A stretch of 64,000 nucleotides of DNA. It comes from Deferribacterales bacterium. Lineage in GTDB: Bacteria; Chrysiogenota; Deferribacteres; Deferribacterales; Geovibrionaceae. The notes beneath the pieces are model-generated. The model did no database searches. It had not been told where the DNA came from and saw only the letters and a program-made list of their open reading frames with translations. The DNA lies in contig JBFWJG010000003.1 of NCBI GenBank assembly GCA_050253335.1, forward strand, positions 1 through 64,000, in the 5' to 3' direction. Of this stretch, positions 18,066 to 28,086 are shown in pieces. A program made the position numbers and the translations under genes. Numbering within the stretch: position 1 is the first letter of the stretch; every line of letters begins with the position of its first letter.

Positions 18066-21000
18066 ATGCAGCTTGATTATTATGTATATGGAGACTTTCA
18101 GTCGGTAGTAAACGCATTCCACATGGTTGCGAACCTGTTCAGTAATCACACCTATCAGAGCTGGTTCACTGTTGTGATGCTGCTCACCATTGCGGCATTC
18201 GCGTTTCAGGCAACGGCAGAAAGGATTTTCGGCGCAAAGGCTTCTGATGCCATATGGATTAAAAGGGTAATGATAGGCACTGTCCTGTACAGCATATTTA
18301 TGGTTCCCACAATTACGCTTCATATCTATGACCCTTTTAAGAACAAGTATGAAGCAGTCGGCGGCATCCCTGCCGGAGTGGGTTTAATAGCAGGAATGAC
18401 CAGCGGTTTCACACGGGAGATTTCAGAGCTGATAGAGACTGCCGGAAGCCCTATTATACACATTGATGATATAGGATTCGGCAACGGCTATGAAATGCTG
18501 TCCGCTACTTCTGCCCTCGGTTCAATAGGTCTTTCGCAGGATCAGTATCTCACAAGGACACTGGCGGATTACTTTGACAAATGTATTATTCAGATGAATG
18601 CCTCCGGAGACCTAGACTTTGATGCTCTGTGGAACGGCAACGGTAAAACAATTCTTGAGAATATCGCAACGGATTACCGGATATTCTCAAGCACGGTGTG
18701 GACATCCGCCAATCCCGGCGGCGCATTGTTTCAGTGCGCCGATGCCTATCAGCATATAGTCACCCAACTTACACAGCCCGCCCGTGTAGATAAGGCGTTC
18801 AGGGTGTTTTGCAGCAAAGTTAACTACAATCCGACAGATGCCACAGAGTTCATGATGTGCCGTCAGAAGTTCAGAGGTGTTTACGAGGCATTCAGCACAC
18901 CTGAAGGATTCGGATATAACGAAACAAGCCTGTTTGCGTCCGCCGTGGTTGCGGAAATGTATCTGACTGACGGCTTAAATGCCGGAGTTGAGCGGGCAAA
19001 AGAGATAGCCCGCAGTATGGCCACAGCGAGTGATGCAGTGAGCGGAGCAATGGCAGCGGACTTCATGCCGATGATTCAGGGAATGGTGGCCACAATCCTC
19101 ATATCCCTATTCGTTATTGTGGCCTTGCTCATGTACGTTGCGCCAATGGATGCCTTCAAGTTCTATTTCGGTCTCTGGATCTGGTTTCTCACATGGGTTC
19201 TGGTTGACGTGGTGATCAATATGCAGGTTCAGAACTATGCTTATGAGGTATTCCGGGAGATACGTGAGACAAGTCTGAGCCTCACGACCATGTTCAGTAT
19301 AGGCGACAGGTCAGCGCAGGTTCTTGGTTGGTACAGTAAGGCAAGATGGATGAGCATGACCATAGCCTCCATGATGACTTACGGCATATTCAAGTTCGGC
19401 GGCGGCGCGGCATTCGCAAGCTTCGCAGGGGCACTCGGCGCAAGCTACTCCGGTCAGGCGGCAAGTCAGGGCGCACAGATAGGCGCACCCGGCGGAGAGG
19501 CGGCGCAGTATAAGAAGACACTGGATGACCTTTCAATGGTTCCCGCAACGACTATGGGAGCAGTGAATTCAAGGCAGTGGTATCAGTCTGCATCAACAAT
19601 GAGATCATCTGAAATAGGGCAGACTATAGGTCAGGGCGAGAGTCTGGCCACAGAAGCCGCTAAAAACTTCGGAGGTAATGCAATGGATCTCGGAAGAATG
19701 ATCGGCAGCGGCGCGGCTTACAATCAAATCAAAAGTGGTCATTCCGCAGCCCAGCTTGAGGACGCAGGTTATGATGCTGAACGTGTTGCTTCCGGAGAAA
19801 CCTACAACACCATGGGCAACACCGGAGCGGCGGAAGGTTCCAGAGCCGTTGAAAAAGAAAACGGGCTTAATGATGGAGAACTTCTTGCAACCGGCGGAGT
19901 CGGCAGGAACCTGAAGTATTTCACTGACGCAAAATTCCGTGAAAACGAAGCCAATGAATCCGGAGAAAGCCTTCTGGCTGAATACCAGAAAGAATCCAAC
20001 ATAAGGACTGTCGCAACTGATGACGGCATACTCCACTACGGAAAAGCACCTGAAGGCGCAGTTGTCAGCAGTGATCTGCGCTCCGGTGAAACCGGCTCAC
20101 ACTCTTTCTTCAACCAGAAAGTCAATGTGGACGGCAAGGAACTCACACTCTCCGGGGAAGCTTCACAGCGTGGCGGTCAGCTCACTGTGAACGGAACAGA
20201 CGAACACGGTAACGCTTACTCAATCTCCGGACTCGGCAGCATGAATGATGACGGCATCGACTTCTCGGCAACTTCCAGATTTGTTCAGTCAAAAGAAGAA
20301 TCCATGCGGGGAACAATGTTCAGCGGCTTCATTGACACTGACGGTGACGGCAAAGGTGACCGCTACACAGACATAAGCTTTGATACCGCAACAGGACTCA
20401 TCACAGCCCGGCGTGACGGCAAGAACTTCACTTTCAAAGGCGATATTTCCGACTATGACGCTGAAAACAAGATGATTTCCATCTCTCCCGGTAGTGAAGT
20501 ATCATGGACGGCTCAGTATAAGGATGTTCAGGTTCGGACAACAGACGGCAAGTATGTCAGTCTGGTTGGAACAGTCGAAGCATCCGGAACAGGTATGCCG
20601 GGCGATAACTCAATGATCCGCCTGAAGGGACAAACCTCAGACGGCTTCATGGCGAACATCGAGGGCAAAGGAAACGTTCTCCGCGCCGCCCATGGTGACG
20701 GTCATGTCCTCAACGGTCTTGCCTCAGTTTCCCGACTGGAGAAAACAGCCACCAAGGACACACATACCAGAGAAAGCGATGTGGACGAAAAGATCCAGAG
20801 AACGGAAGATACCGTTGAAAAGAAATTCGTCCGTGCAACCACAGAAAGCTATGTTGATGACACTCAGGTTAAAGGTCTGGCAGCGGTCATGAACAATCCG
20901 TATCTGGCGCAAAGAGTCGTTAATGCAAAAGATAAGGAAAGTATTGCCGAAGCATCAATACAGACGGCTCAGGCAATTGCTCCCAATCTGCCTACATCGC

Positions 21001-21479
21001 TTAAATATAGTGTGTCTGATACTGAAACCGAACAAAATGTAATGAAGGGCGGTATATCTGGACAAGGCTCTGCAACTACTAAACTTGGCAAGGGGGAAAA
21101 TCAAGCTTCAGGCGGAGTAGGAATTAACGCTGGCATGGAGCTTCAAAAAATAACAGAACATAAGGAAGGCACATCTCAAGATAAGGATCCTCACGTTACA
21201 GGGCTTGCATCAACAATATACAGCGCAAGGCTCAGAGCTGATGAGCTGGTTGCTGACGGTAAGATAGAACAGAATGATGTTGATGACTATATTGCAAGTC
21301 GCATCACTGACTATGCAAAAGAAACGACACAAGGTGTTACCGGTATAAAAAATGAGCGTTATATCCCTGATTATGCCAGTGGAAACAATCCGTCAATGCA
21401 CGATAACAACGATATTTGGAACACTGCTACAGGTAAAGCTTTCAAAACTGCCAAAGAGGGTTTTGAAACAGAAAAATAA
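18066..21479 (+). CDS. traG: Conjugal transfer protein TraG (membrane N-domain plus long soluble C-terminus)
   Basis: Directly after traH; N-terminus 'DYYVYGDFQSVVNAF', several TM segments, 1137 aa. Confidence 0.88.
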   Translation: MQLDYYVYGDFQSVVNAFHMVANLFSNHTYQSWFTVVMLLTIAAFAFQATAERIFGAKASDAIWIKRVMIGTVLYSIFMVPTITLHIYDPFKNKYEAVGGIPAGVGLIAGMTSGFTREISELIETAGSPIIHIDDIGFGNGYEMLSATSALGSIGLSQDQYLTRTLADYFDKCIIQMNASGDLDFDALWNGNGKTILENIATDYRIFSSTVWTSANPGGALFQCADAYQHIVTQLTQPARVDKAFRVFCSKVNYNPTDATEFMMCRQKFRGVYEAFSTPEGFGYNETSLFASAVVAEMYLTDGLNAGVERAKEIARSMATASDAVSGAMAADFMPMIQGMVATILISLFVIVALLMYVAPMDAFKFYFGLWIWFLTWVLVDVVINMQVQNYAYEVFREIRETSLSLTTMFSIGDRSAQVLGWYSKARWMSMTIASMMTYGIFKFGGGAAFASFAGALGASYSGQAASQGAQIGAPGGEAAQYKKTLDDLSMVPATTMGAVNSRQWYQSASTMRSSEIGQTIGQGESLATEAAKNFGGNAMDLGRMIGSGAAYNQIKSGHSAAQLEDAGYDAERVASGETYNTMGNTGAAEGSRAVEKENGLNDGELLATGGVGRNLKYFTDAKFRENEANESGESLLAEYQKESNIRTVATDDGILHYGKAPEGAVVSSDLRSGETGSHSFFNQKVNVDGKELTLSGEASQRGGQLTVNGTDEHGNAYSISGLGSMNDDGIDFSATSRFVQSKEESMRGTMFSGFIDTDGDGKGDRYTDISFDTATGLITARRDGKNFTFKGDISDYDAENKMISISPGSEVSWTAQYKDVQVRTTDGKYVSLVGTVEASGTGMPGDNSMIRLKGQTSDGFMANIEGKGNVLRAAHGDGHVLNGLASVSRLEKTATKDTHTRESDVDEKIQRTEDTVEKKFVRATTESYVDDTQVKGLAAVMNNPYLAQRVVNAKDKESIAEASIQTAQAIAPNLPTSLKYSVSDTETEQNVMKGGISGQGSATTKLGKGENQASGGVGINAGMELQKITEHKEGTSQDKDPHVTGLASTIYSARLRADELVADGKIEQNDVDDYIASRITDYAKETTQGVTGIKNERYIPDYASGNNPSMHDNNDIWNTATGKAFKTAKEGFETEK

Positions 21480-21501
21480 TTGACAAAAGGAGAATTAAAA
21501 C

Positions 21502-21529
21502 TTGAGAATATGCTCAAACAGGCTATAAT
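21502..21529 (+). promoter_or_regulatory. Putative sigma70 promoter of the small post-traG gene
   Basis: TTGAGA-N16-TATAAT upstream of AGGAG RBS and ATG 21550. Confidence 0.55.
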
Positions 21530-21549
21530 TAAGGTATAGGAGATGTGTC

Positions 21550-21747
21550 ATGTGGGTTATAGGATTAATCGTTTTGGCAGCGTTCATTGCTTTCTTGGTT
21601 TTTACCCCTCCGATGAAAGCAGAAACTGCTGAAAAATTACTCGAAAAAAATAATGAACCTGATGATTTCCATAATGATGGTGGAGTCAAATGGTTACAAG
21701 ACTCTTCCAGAGAGTTATACACCAATCCTTTTTATAGAGGAGATTGA
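21550..21747 (+). CDS. Small single-TM protein, candidate entry-exclusion protein (copy A)
   Basis: RBS, hydrophobic N-terminus, immediately downstream of traG, own promoter and terminator. Confidence 0.6.
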   Translation: MWVIGLIVLAAFIAFLVFTPPMKAETAEKLLEKNNEPDDFHNDGGVKWLQDSSRELYTNPFYRGD

Positions 21748-21754
21748 ACACCCC

Positions 21755-21782
21755 AGCCGGAGCTAAAAACTCCGGCTTTTTT
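21755..21782 (+). terminator. Intrinsic terminator (copy 1)
   Basis: AGCCGGAG-CTAAAAA-CTCCGGCT-TTTTT. Confidence 0.8.
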
Positions 21783-21794
21783 AGGAGATGTATC

Positions 21795-22031
21795 ATGTGG
21801 GTTATAGGATTAATCGTTTTGGCAGCGTTCATTGCTTTCTTGGTTTTTACACCTCCGATGAAGGCAGAAACTGCTGAAAAACTGGCTAAAGATTTGGAAA
21901 ATAATTCTGACAACAATGCCAATAAGAATTTGTCCGGTAATTTTGGGTATGATGCTTTACAAAACTACAATGAAACACGCACAAACCCAGCCTACAGCTA
22001 TCTCTCCGATAACATCCACTACAAAGACTAA
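21795..22031 (+). CDS. Small single-TM protein, candidate entry-exclusion protein (copy B)
   Basis: First 30 aa identical to copy A; divergent C-terminus. Confidence 0.6.
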   Translation: MWVIGLIVLAAFIAFLVFTPPMKAETAEKLAKDLENNSDNNANKNLSGNFGYDALQNYNETRTNPAYSYLSDNIHYKD

Positions 22032-22038
22032 CCATCCT

Positions 22039-22066
22039 AGCCGGAGCTAAAAACTCCGGCTTTTTT
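22039..22066 (+). terminator. Intrinsic terminator (copy 2)
   Basis: Identical to 21755-21782. Confidence 0.8.
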
Positions 22067-25000
22067 ATCTGGTCTTCAGTTCCCGACACAGAACCTTTGC
22101 AAATTCCAACCCGCTCCAATCAGAACGGTTTCCTATGACATAAACACGTAACTTTGCCCTTGTGACAGCCACATTCAAAAGATTAGGCTTGCTGCATACC
22201 CAGTTCCGGCTGCCGTAGCCTTTTGAACCAGAAGCAGAGCCGAGGACGATAAATACAATGTCCGCCTCCTTACCCTGAAAAGTGTGGACAGTACCGCACT
22301 GAATTTTATCTGATAATCCAAGTTCCCTAACTGCCTTTCTTGCGGTAGTTGCAACTTTCCTGAAAGGAGCAATGACATAGACACTTGCCTCCCTGTCTTT
22401 TCCAACCACAGGGAAATCCCCTTTCAGTCTTGTCAGGGCTTCAGCTAAGAAGTCAATTTCTTCTTGAACAACCTGTTCCTGTGAAGAACCTTTTATATCA
22501 AACCAACAACTATCACCAAGCACACACGAAACTGATTCAGGGTTATTATTTGCCTGAACCATCTGGTTGCCATAAGCTATTTCATTGGATATTGAAAACA
22601 TCGGCTCAATGCACCGTCTATGCGCTCTTAAAGGCAATCCAACCCAAGTATCACCCACATAAGAGCCATACTTCATGGTACGGTCGGCAACTGTCTGAAC
22701 GGATGCAGACAGAGGGCAGAAATATTCTTCAACCTTGTAGTGCTGTTTCATTTTTTCTACAATGATATTCGGAACTGTCATAACAGGTTCTATCTGCATG
22801 GGATCTCCTATGATAACAGCCCTTTTGGAACGCCAGATAGCCCCCGCTGCCATTTGAGGAGTAGACTGTCCGGCTTCATCCACCAGAAGCCAGCCCAGAG
22901 ACTCCTTTCCAAGCCCTTTAAAAAGCCGAGAGAGTGATGCAAAAGTTGTTGAAACGACAGGAGTAATGAAAAAGAGCATGTTCCATATTGAGAGTAATTC
23001 CTCTGCGGAGATAACTCCACCCTTGTTATTCAACAACCCCTTTACAGCCTTCATATTTGCGTCCCACTTACCAGCCGTAGCGCACATCGTCCACTCATGA
23101 AGCTTGAGAGCTGCCAAGAATAATTCTGCGCGTAACACTTCTACTTCTTTTGTCGTCCATAAGCTTTTGAGATGTATTTCCTGCTTCTCTTGTACAAAGA
23201 ATTTTTTATCAGGAAAATTTATATCTTTAGTTTGTAGAGGGTTAAATAAAGCCTGTAATTTTTCAAGTTCTAAGAGAATAGCCTTTTTCTGCTTGTTCAG
23301 TTCATTTATTACAGATTTACTGAGTTGAGATAAAGAATCAATTTTTTTATTAATATCCTTAAGTTCCTTGTCAACAAGAATAATCTTTTCATTTACAACG
23401 ATATAACCCTGTTCAAGCTTCTCGTACCCTTCCAGCCAAAGCTTATATGAGAGAAACTTAAACCAAACAGCTAAAATCCACGGTTTACGACGCTCATGCT
23501 GTCCGAGTCTAATCTTTTCATTCTCTTGCTGCCGTTCCAGAGATTTTTTTTCTGACCCTAATGCTTCTTTTTGAGAGACGAGTTCACTTATCTGAAGACG
23601 AAGCTGCTCACTCTTGTCATTTTCCTCTGCAAGCTTACTTTCAACATCAGTTAGTGCTTCTTCTAGTTCATATATTTCTTCAATAAACGGTTGCAGACTG
23701 ATAATATGTTCTTTATAAGCATTAAATATTTTAAGCTTTTTATTAAAATTATCCTTCGCTACTTTCCAGTTCTTTGAAGCCTCTTTATAATTACTTTTCC
23801 AATGTTCCAAATAAAGCTTCAGCGTGCATGGCATATCAGGGACAAAAACCTTGTTCACATGCTGAGACTGAACAATGCCACTACTGAATTTTATCTCAAT
23901 TTCACTTATTGACGGATTCTGGAAGTAATCAGATACCGATATATACTCAGCACTTTCAGGACTTTTTTTAACCTTTTTAAATATCCAAATATCATTTGCT
24001 TTGCTCTCAGGTTCACCAAAGAGGTTTTCAATATCAGACTGCTTGGTTTCATTTTTTATTACGATATTCTTTAAGAGTTCGGTATCCCGCCCCTCAAAAG
24101 GATCATAAACCTTACTGATAAATTCATGTCTATTAACAGCATTGCCCAAAGGCGCAGCCACTAAGCCCCACGCACTCTCACCAAATTTATTTAGAGCAAC
24201 TTCCTTAATATAACTTGTGTCAGGGAAGGCTTTTGAGTCAATTTTTGTCGGTATTTCCGCTGATATATTCTTGACAGCATTATTATTACTGCTGGCAACC
24301 ACTATCTGCGTATTCTGCATTATGTTACAGTCTAGGCTGTAAACTTTTATATTTTCTGATGAAAATTCGCCCTTAAACAAGTCTTTCGGGTAACGCAGAT
24401 CAGATATTTTCTCGGCTCTTTTGATTATCACATCGGCGACTACGTCCTGAAGCAGTGTTGTCTTACCTGTTCCGGGCGGACCATTGACGGAGATAAGTTT
24501 TGAATGTGGCTCTGAAGAGTCCAGTATTTTGAAGACCGCTGCTTGTTGAGCAAGCATAAGGGAATGTTCGGGATTGGTAGCCCATCTGCCCATCGGCAGC
24601 AGCTCTGGTCTTAGGCACTGTTTTAAATATGTTTTGTTGGCGAGAATATCTCTTCTTTCTTCTGAATTTGTAGTAGATAGGTATGCCTCAAGAGCTTGCC
24701 CGAATATCTCCCCAGAGTTATTTACAAGCGTGTCGAGATCTGAAAGGAAAAAGGAGTTAATCAGGTCAGAATCCGTACTTATTTCAGAATTGTTTCTTAA
24801 ACCAAAACATCTTACAAAAACCTCAATATTTTCTTCTTCCAGAGGGTAGCGGATAATTTTGGTAATCAGATCGATTTCATCATTGATAAAATCCCAATCA
24901 ACTTGCTTTTTGTCATCGTTTACAGAGAATTTACTTGATATTCTGCCGTCAAAGGCAAGGGAGTAATTTTGAAGCTCGTCATTAATACTTTCTAAACTTT

Positions 25001-25394
25001 CGGGAATGCTTAGTTTTTCAATACCTATAATAAAGCTTGCCAGAGTATAGCTTTTTTCAACAGGTTTTCCTTTTCCATCAACGCAGAAAACGGCAAAACA
25101 ACCGCCACTTTCATCAATTCTTTCTTTTTCGTCTATACTCATTTCAGGAGAATCAGGAATAAGGCTTAAAATATGCCTGATAATATGTTGCTTGGAAGTA
25201 AATCCTAAATAAACCTGAAAATAAACCTTTTCGCTAATGGACTTCTGCCACGGGAAGGGCTTTCCTAAGTTTTTGTTATATGAACTATATGCAAAAGTTT
25301 TTTCATCGTCATTTTTTTGTAACGAAGGAACATCAAATATATCAACGGCTCGCCAAAATTTCAGAATGTTTGTTACTCGTTGTCTGTCAGTCAT
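22065..25394 (-). CDS. Superfamily 1 UPF1/DNA2-like helicase with central coiled coil
   Basis: 'GPPGTGKTT', 'DEAGQ', 'IGDPMQIEP', 'HRRC', 'GTVHTFQGKEAD', 'LNVAVTRAK'. Confidence 0.9.
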   Translation of the reverse strand: MTDRQRVTNILKFWRAVDIFDVPSLQKNDDEKTFAYSSYNKNLGKPFPWQKSISEKVYFQVYLGFTSKQHIIRHILSLIPDSPEMSIDEKERIDESGGCFAVFCVDGKGKPVEKSYTLASFIIGIEKLSIPESLESINDELQNYSLAFDGRISSKFSVNDDKKQVDWDFINDEIDLITKIIRYPLEEENIEVFVRCFGLRNNSEISTDSDLINSFFLSDLDTLVNNSGEIFGQALEAYLSTTNSEERRDILANKTYLKQCLRPELLPMGRWATNPEHSLMLAQQAAVFKILDSSEPHSKLISVNGPPGTGKTTLLQDVVADVIIKRAEKISDLRYPKDLFKGEFSSENIKVYSLDCNIMQNTQIVVASSNNNAVKNISAEIPTKIDSKAFPDTSYIKEVALNKFGESAWGLVAAPLGNAVNRHEFISKVYDPFEGRDTELLKNIVIKNETKQSDIENLFGEPESKANDIWIFKKVKKSPESAEYISVSDYFQNPSISEIEIKFSSGIVQSQHVNKVFVPDMPCTLKLYLEHWKSNYKEASKNWKVAKDNFNKKLKIFNAYKEHIISLQPFIEEIYELEEALTDVESKLAEENDKSEQLRLQISELVSQKEALGSEKKSLERQQENEKIRLGQHERRKPWILAVWFKFLSYKLWLEGYEKLEQGYIVVNEKIILVDKELKDINKKIDSLSQLSKSVINELNKQKKAILLELEKLQALFNPLQTKDINFPDKKFFVQEKQEIHLKSLWTTKEVEVLRAELFLAALKLHEWTMCATAGKWDANMKAVKGLLNNKGGVISAEELLSIWNMLFFITPVVSTTFASLSRLFKGLGKESLGWLLVDEAGQSTPQMAAGAIWRSKRAVIIGDPMQIEPVMTVPNIIVEKMKQHYKVEEYFCPLSASVQTVADRTMKYGSYVGDTWVGLPLRAHRRCIEPMFSISNEIAYGNQMVQANNNPESVSCVLGDSCWFDIKGSSQEQVVQEEIDFLAEALTRLKGDFPVVGKDREASVYVIAPFRKVATTARKAVRELGLSDKIQCGTVHTFQGKEADIVFIVLGSASGSKGYGSRNWVCSKPNLLNVAVTRAKLRVYVIGNRSDWSGLEFAKVLCRELKTR

Positions 25395-25506
25395 CTTTAC
25401 CCTTCAGACGTATTTTAAGCTAACGTGCCTAAAGGGTAACATAAATTTTCAAGATGTGTCAGCAATTTTAAATTTTGAGAAAACAGTATAAATGTTTTAA
25501 TATCAA

Positions 25507-26649
25507 TTAATAATCTATTCGATCAATCAACTCCTTGCCTCTCCATTCTGTATTTGGTTCACCAAGATATATAGAGCCATAATCTTCATATGCTTCGATG
25601 TTATAACCAATATCATCAATCAATAAAGCACTGTATTCTTTAATCGTACTTTCAAAACTATTTAACAAATCCTTATCTACCAAACACCCAAGTTCAGATT
25701 TGCTTATTAAGTTTTCGATGCGCTCTATTGCACTCGGGTGTGTTTTAACAGATAAAGGTGATGCTGGTGAAATGTAATCACTTGCAACCTCATATAAAGC
25801 AAGCCCTATAAACCAAAGTATTGCAGAATTTAAAATTCTGGAACGCTCAACCATATTATATTTTGGAATTAAAATTGAAAAGATATCAGCCTCTAATTCT
25901 TGCTTTTGAGAATTATTGAAAACCTTGACGAATCCATAATCATTATTAGTTTGACCCACTGCTTGTAGTATAGGCTTTTCAATCATATCACCTACCGACA
26001 AATGCCCCAAACAACAGTGTGCAAACTCATGTCCAACAATAAATTTCAATTGATCCGAAATAGGTTTATGAATATCAAAAACAATATTTTCAGGAACAAT
26101 CCCTCTTGGATCAAGAAGAAAATCCATACTTTCAGTTTGCAGCATTGTTCTTACAGCTATCCTTAAAGAATTGAATTTAACACTTATAGGAATTTGTCCC
26201 CCAAAGTCAAGTATGGCTAAATGAAAAAACTTAAGAAAAAAGTTTAAGGATTTGCTTATTGAACATATAATTCCAATCCCAGAGTCATAAATAATACCAT
26301 TCGGTTCACTTGTGAAAATATCCCCACAATAAATTGCTTGGCATCTCAACCTGTACTCTTCAGGAAGCTTTCTTAGGACTTCAGCATAATGCTCTCTACG
26401 AAAATATGACTCAGGACTCCAATTTAAATTACCTTGTTTTTCGTGAAAATATTTTAAATGATAAAATACCCTAGAGTATCGTGGATGGTCAGTTAGAGTA
26501 TCGGCTCTGAGTTTCAGTAAATAGTCCTCTCCATTTCGTATATTGTAAATTCTTTCAATTTCTTGTTTTGAATATAAACCCATATACCATTCAGGTCCAA
26601 ATGGATAGTCACTTAAAAAACTTTTTCTAGAGCGAGGGGCTATGCTCAT
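25507..26649 (-). CDS. Soluble zinc metallopeptidase (Lit/U49- or M48-like)
   Basis: 'GHEFAHCCLGH', 'QELEAD', 'THPSAIERI'; GGAG RBS before ATG 26649; AT-rich. Confidence 0.7.
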   Translation of the reverse strand: MSIAPRSRKSFLSDYPFGPEWYMGLYSKQEIERIYNIRNGEDYLLKLRADTLTDHPRYSRVFYHLKYFHEKQGNLNWSPESYFRREHYAEVLRKLPEEYRLRCQAIYCGDIFTSEPNGIIYDSGIGIICSISKSLNFFLKFFHLAILDFGGQIPISVKFNSLRIAVRTMLQTESMDFLLDPRGIVPENIVFDIHKPISDQLKFIVGHEFAHCCLGHLSVGDMIEKPILQAVGQTNNDYGFVKVFNNSQKQELEADIFSILIPKYNMVERSRILNSAILWFIGLALYEVASDYISPASPLSVKTHPSAIERIENLISKSELGCLVDKDLLNSFESTIKEYSALLIDDIGYNIEAYEDYGSIYLGEPNTEWRGKELIDRIDY

Positions 26650-26687
26650 TGATACTTCTCCGCATGATCTGAGCTTAATTAGATGCT

Positions 26688-26996
26688 TCAAGCACTCTGC
26701 CTTTTTATAAAAAGAGTATATCCAAGGGCAGCAAGAATTTCCTTCAAAGTCTTCAGCTTGGGATTGCCCTGACCGGAGAGAGTCTTATAAAGCGATTCTC
26801 TGGATAGACCTGTTACCTCAGATAATTTGGCAAAGCCTATACCTGCTTGAACAACCTGCCTGATTGCCAACAAAAACTCCAGTTCATCACCGTTCTCGGC
26901 ATAATTCTCCGCTGCAATCTCAAGATACTCAATGCGACTTTCAGGTGTAGAAAGCCTTTCCTGAATAAGATTATCAAGCGTTCTATAAATTCTCAT
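26688..26996 (-). CDS. HTH antitoxin (addiction module antidote)
   Basis: 'FAKLSEVTGLSRESLYKTLSGQGNPKLKTLKEILAALG'; overlaps the upstream toxin gene. Confidence 0.88.
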   Translation of the reverse strand: MRIYRTLDNLIQERLSTPESRIEYLEIAAENYAENGDELEFLLAIRQVVQAGIGFAKLSEVTGLSRESLYKTLSGQGNPKLKTLKEILAALGYTLFIKRQSA

Positions 26997-27303
26997 TGTA
27001 GTCACTCCACAACTGTTTTGCCGACTCAATATCTTTGCTCTGAGTCTTCTTGTTTCCACCACATAAAAGAATAACTATCTTGTTATTTTTTATGCCGTAA
27101 TAAACCCGATACCCGCCTCCATAGGTAAAGCGTAGCTCATACACGGAGGAACCGACAGATTTATGATCACCTAAATTCCCAGACCTAATCCGGTCTAATC
27201 GCTGAAGGACTCTCACTTGATCCTTAGAATCCAGATCCCCCAACCAAATATTAAAAGGTTCTTTCCCATCTTCTGTCCGGTAGATTATAATTTCATATGA
27301 CAT
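26983..27303 (-). CDS. RelE/HigB-family toxin (addiction module killer)
   Basis: 'GNLGDHKSVG', 'ELRFTYGGGYRVYY', 'LLCGGNKKTQSKDI'. Confidence 0.9.
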   Translation of the reverse strand: MSYEIIIYRTEDGKEPFNIWLGDLDSKDQVRVLQRLDRIRSGNLGDHKSVGSSVYELRFTYGGGYRVYYGIKNNKIVILLCGGNKKTQSKDIESAKQLWSDYNENL

Positions 27304-27560
27304 AAATAAAAGTAGCCCAAAAGATACAAATATTCAAGGTTTAATTTAAACGATTCACCAAAACCTATTTTTTCCTTGATGTCAATTTGCTTACAGCAGC
27401 ATTATATAGCAATAAAAAAAGGCGCTGAACAAAAGATATATATCTTTTATATCAACGCCTTTCAGAAATCGGGTCAAAAGAATCAACTACATCTTCCCTC
27501 ACTGACGGATAAATGGCGGATAAATGTCTGAATAGATCGTTCATTGGTCAGTGATGAAAT

Positions 27561-27668
27561 AATGGTGTAAGCAAGACAACTGCCACAGAAGAGCTTGGCA
27601 ATCTATCAGACAAAGATTTACTGTTCCATTCAGGAACTGGGCGAGGCAGCAATTATACTTTAAAATAA
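27561..27668 (+). pseudogene. Remnant of a C-terminal winged-HTH domain
   Basis: Start-less frame NGVSKTTATEELGNLSDKDLLFHSGTGRGSNYTLK*, flanked by 22-bp direct repeats at 27514-27535 and 27748-27769. Confidence 0.5.
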
Positions 27669-27807
27669 TCGGCCGCTAATTGGCCGAATTGGCCACTAAT
27701 TGACCGCTAATTGGCTGATACATTAAGTCAACAGCCTATTATCTCATTGGCGGATAAATGTCTGAATAGGCAGAGCTAAGGACTGTAGATATTTGTTTAA
27801 AGATAAC

Positions 27808-28086
27808 TTATATTTTTTGCCCAAACAGGTTAGAGTGTTTACCGATACGTATTAAACGGACTTCTTCAGAAGTGATTTCATAGATTAGCACAACATCGGG
27901 AAATAGATGACAATCTCTACAGCCAAGAAATTCACCGATGAGCGGATGATCCTTATATTTGACAGGCAGAGAAGTCTCCTCCATGAGCAACCCTATAACT
28001 TCTCTAAGCTCAGACTCTACTGCTTTATTGTGTTTAAAAGCCTTATAGTCTTTCTTAAATTTACTCGTTATAACAAGCTCTTTCAA
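27808..28086 (-). CDS. yafQ: YafQ-family mRNA interferase toxin
   Basis: 'FKKDYK', 'KYKDHPLIG', 'RDCHLFPDVVLIY', 'RIGKHSNLF'. Confidence 0.9.
   Translation of the reverse strand: MKELVITSKFKKDYKAFKHNKAVESELREVIGLLMEETSLPVKYKDHPLIGEFLGCRDCHLFPDVVLIYEITSEEVRLIRIGKHSNLFGQKI

Noticed and set aside
21744..21794. Extended N-terminus of the second small post-traG ORF
   Set aside because: Reads through the terminator; the RBS and identity with copy A place the start at 21795
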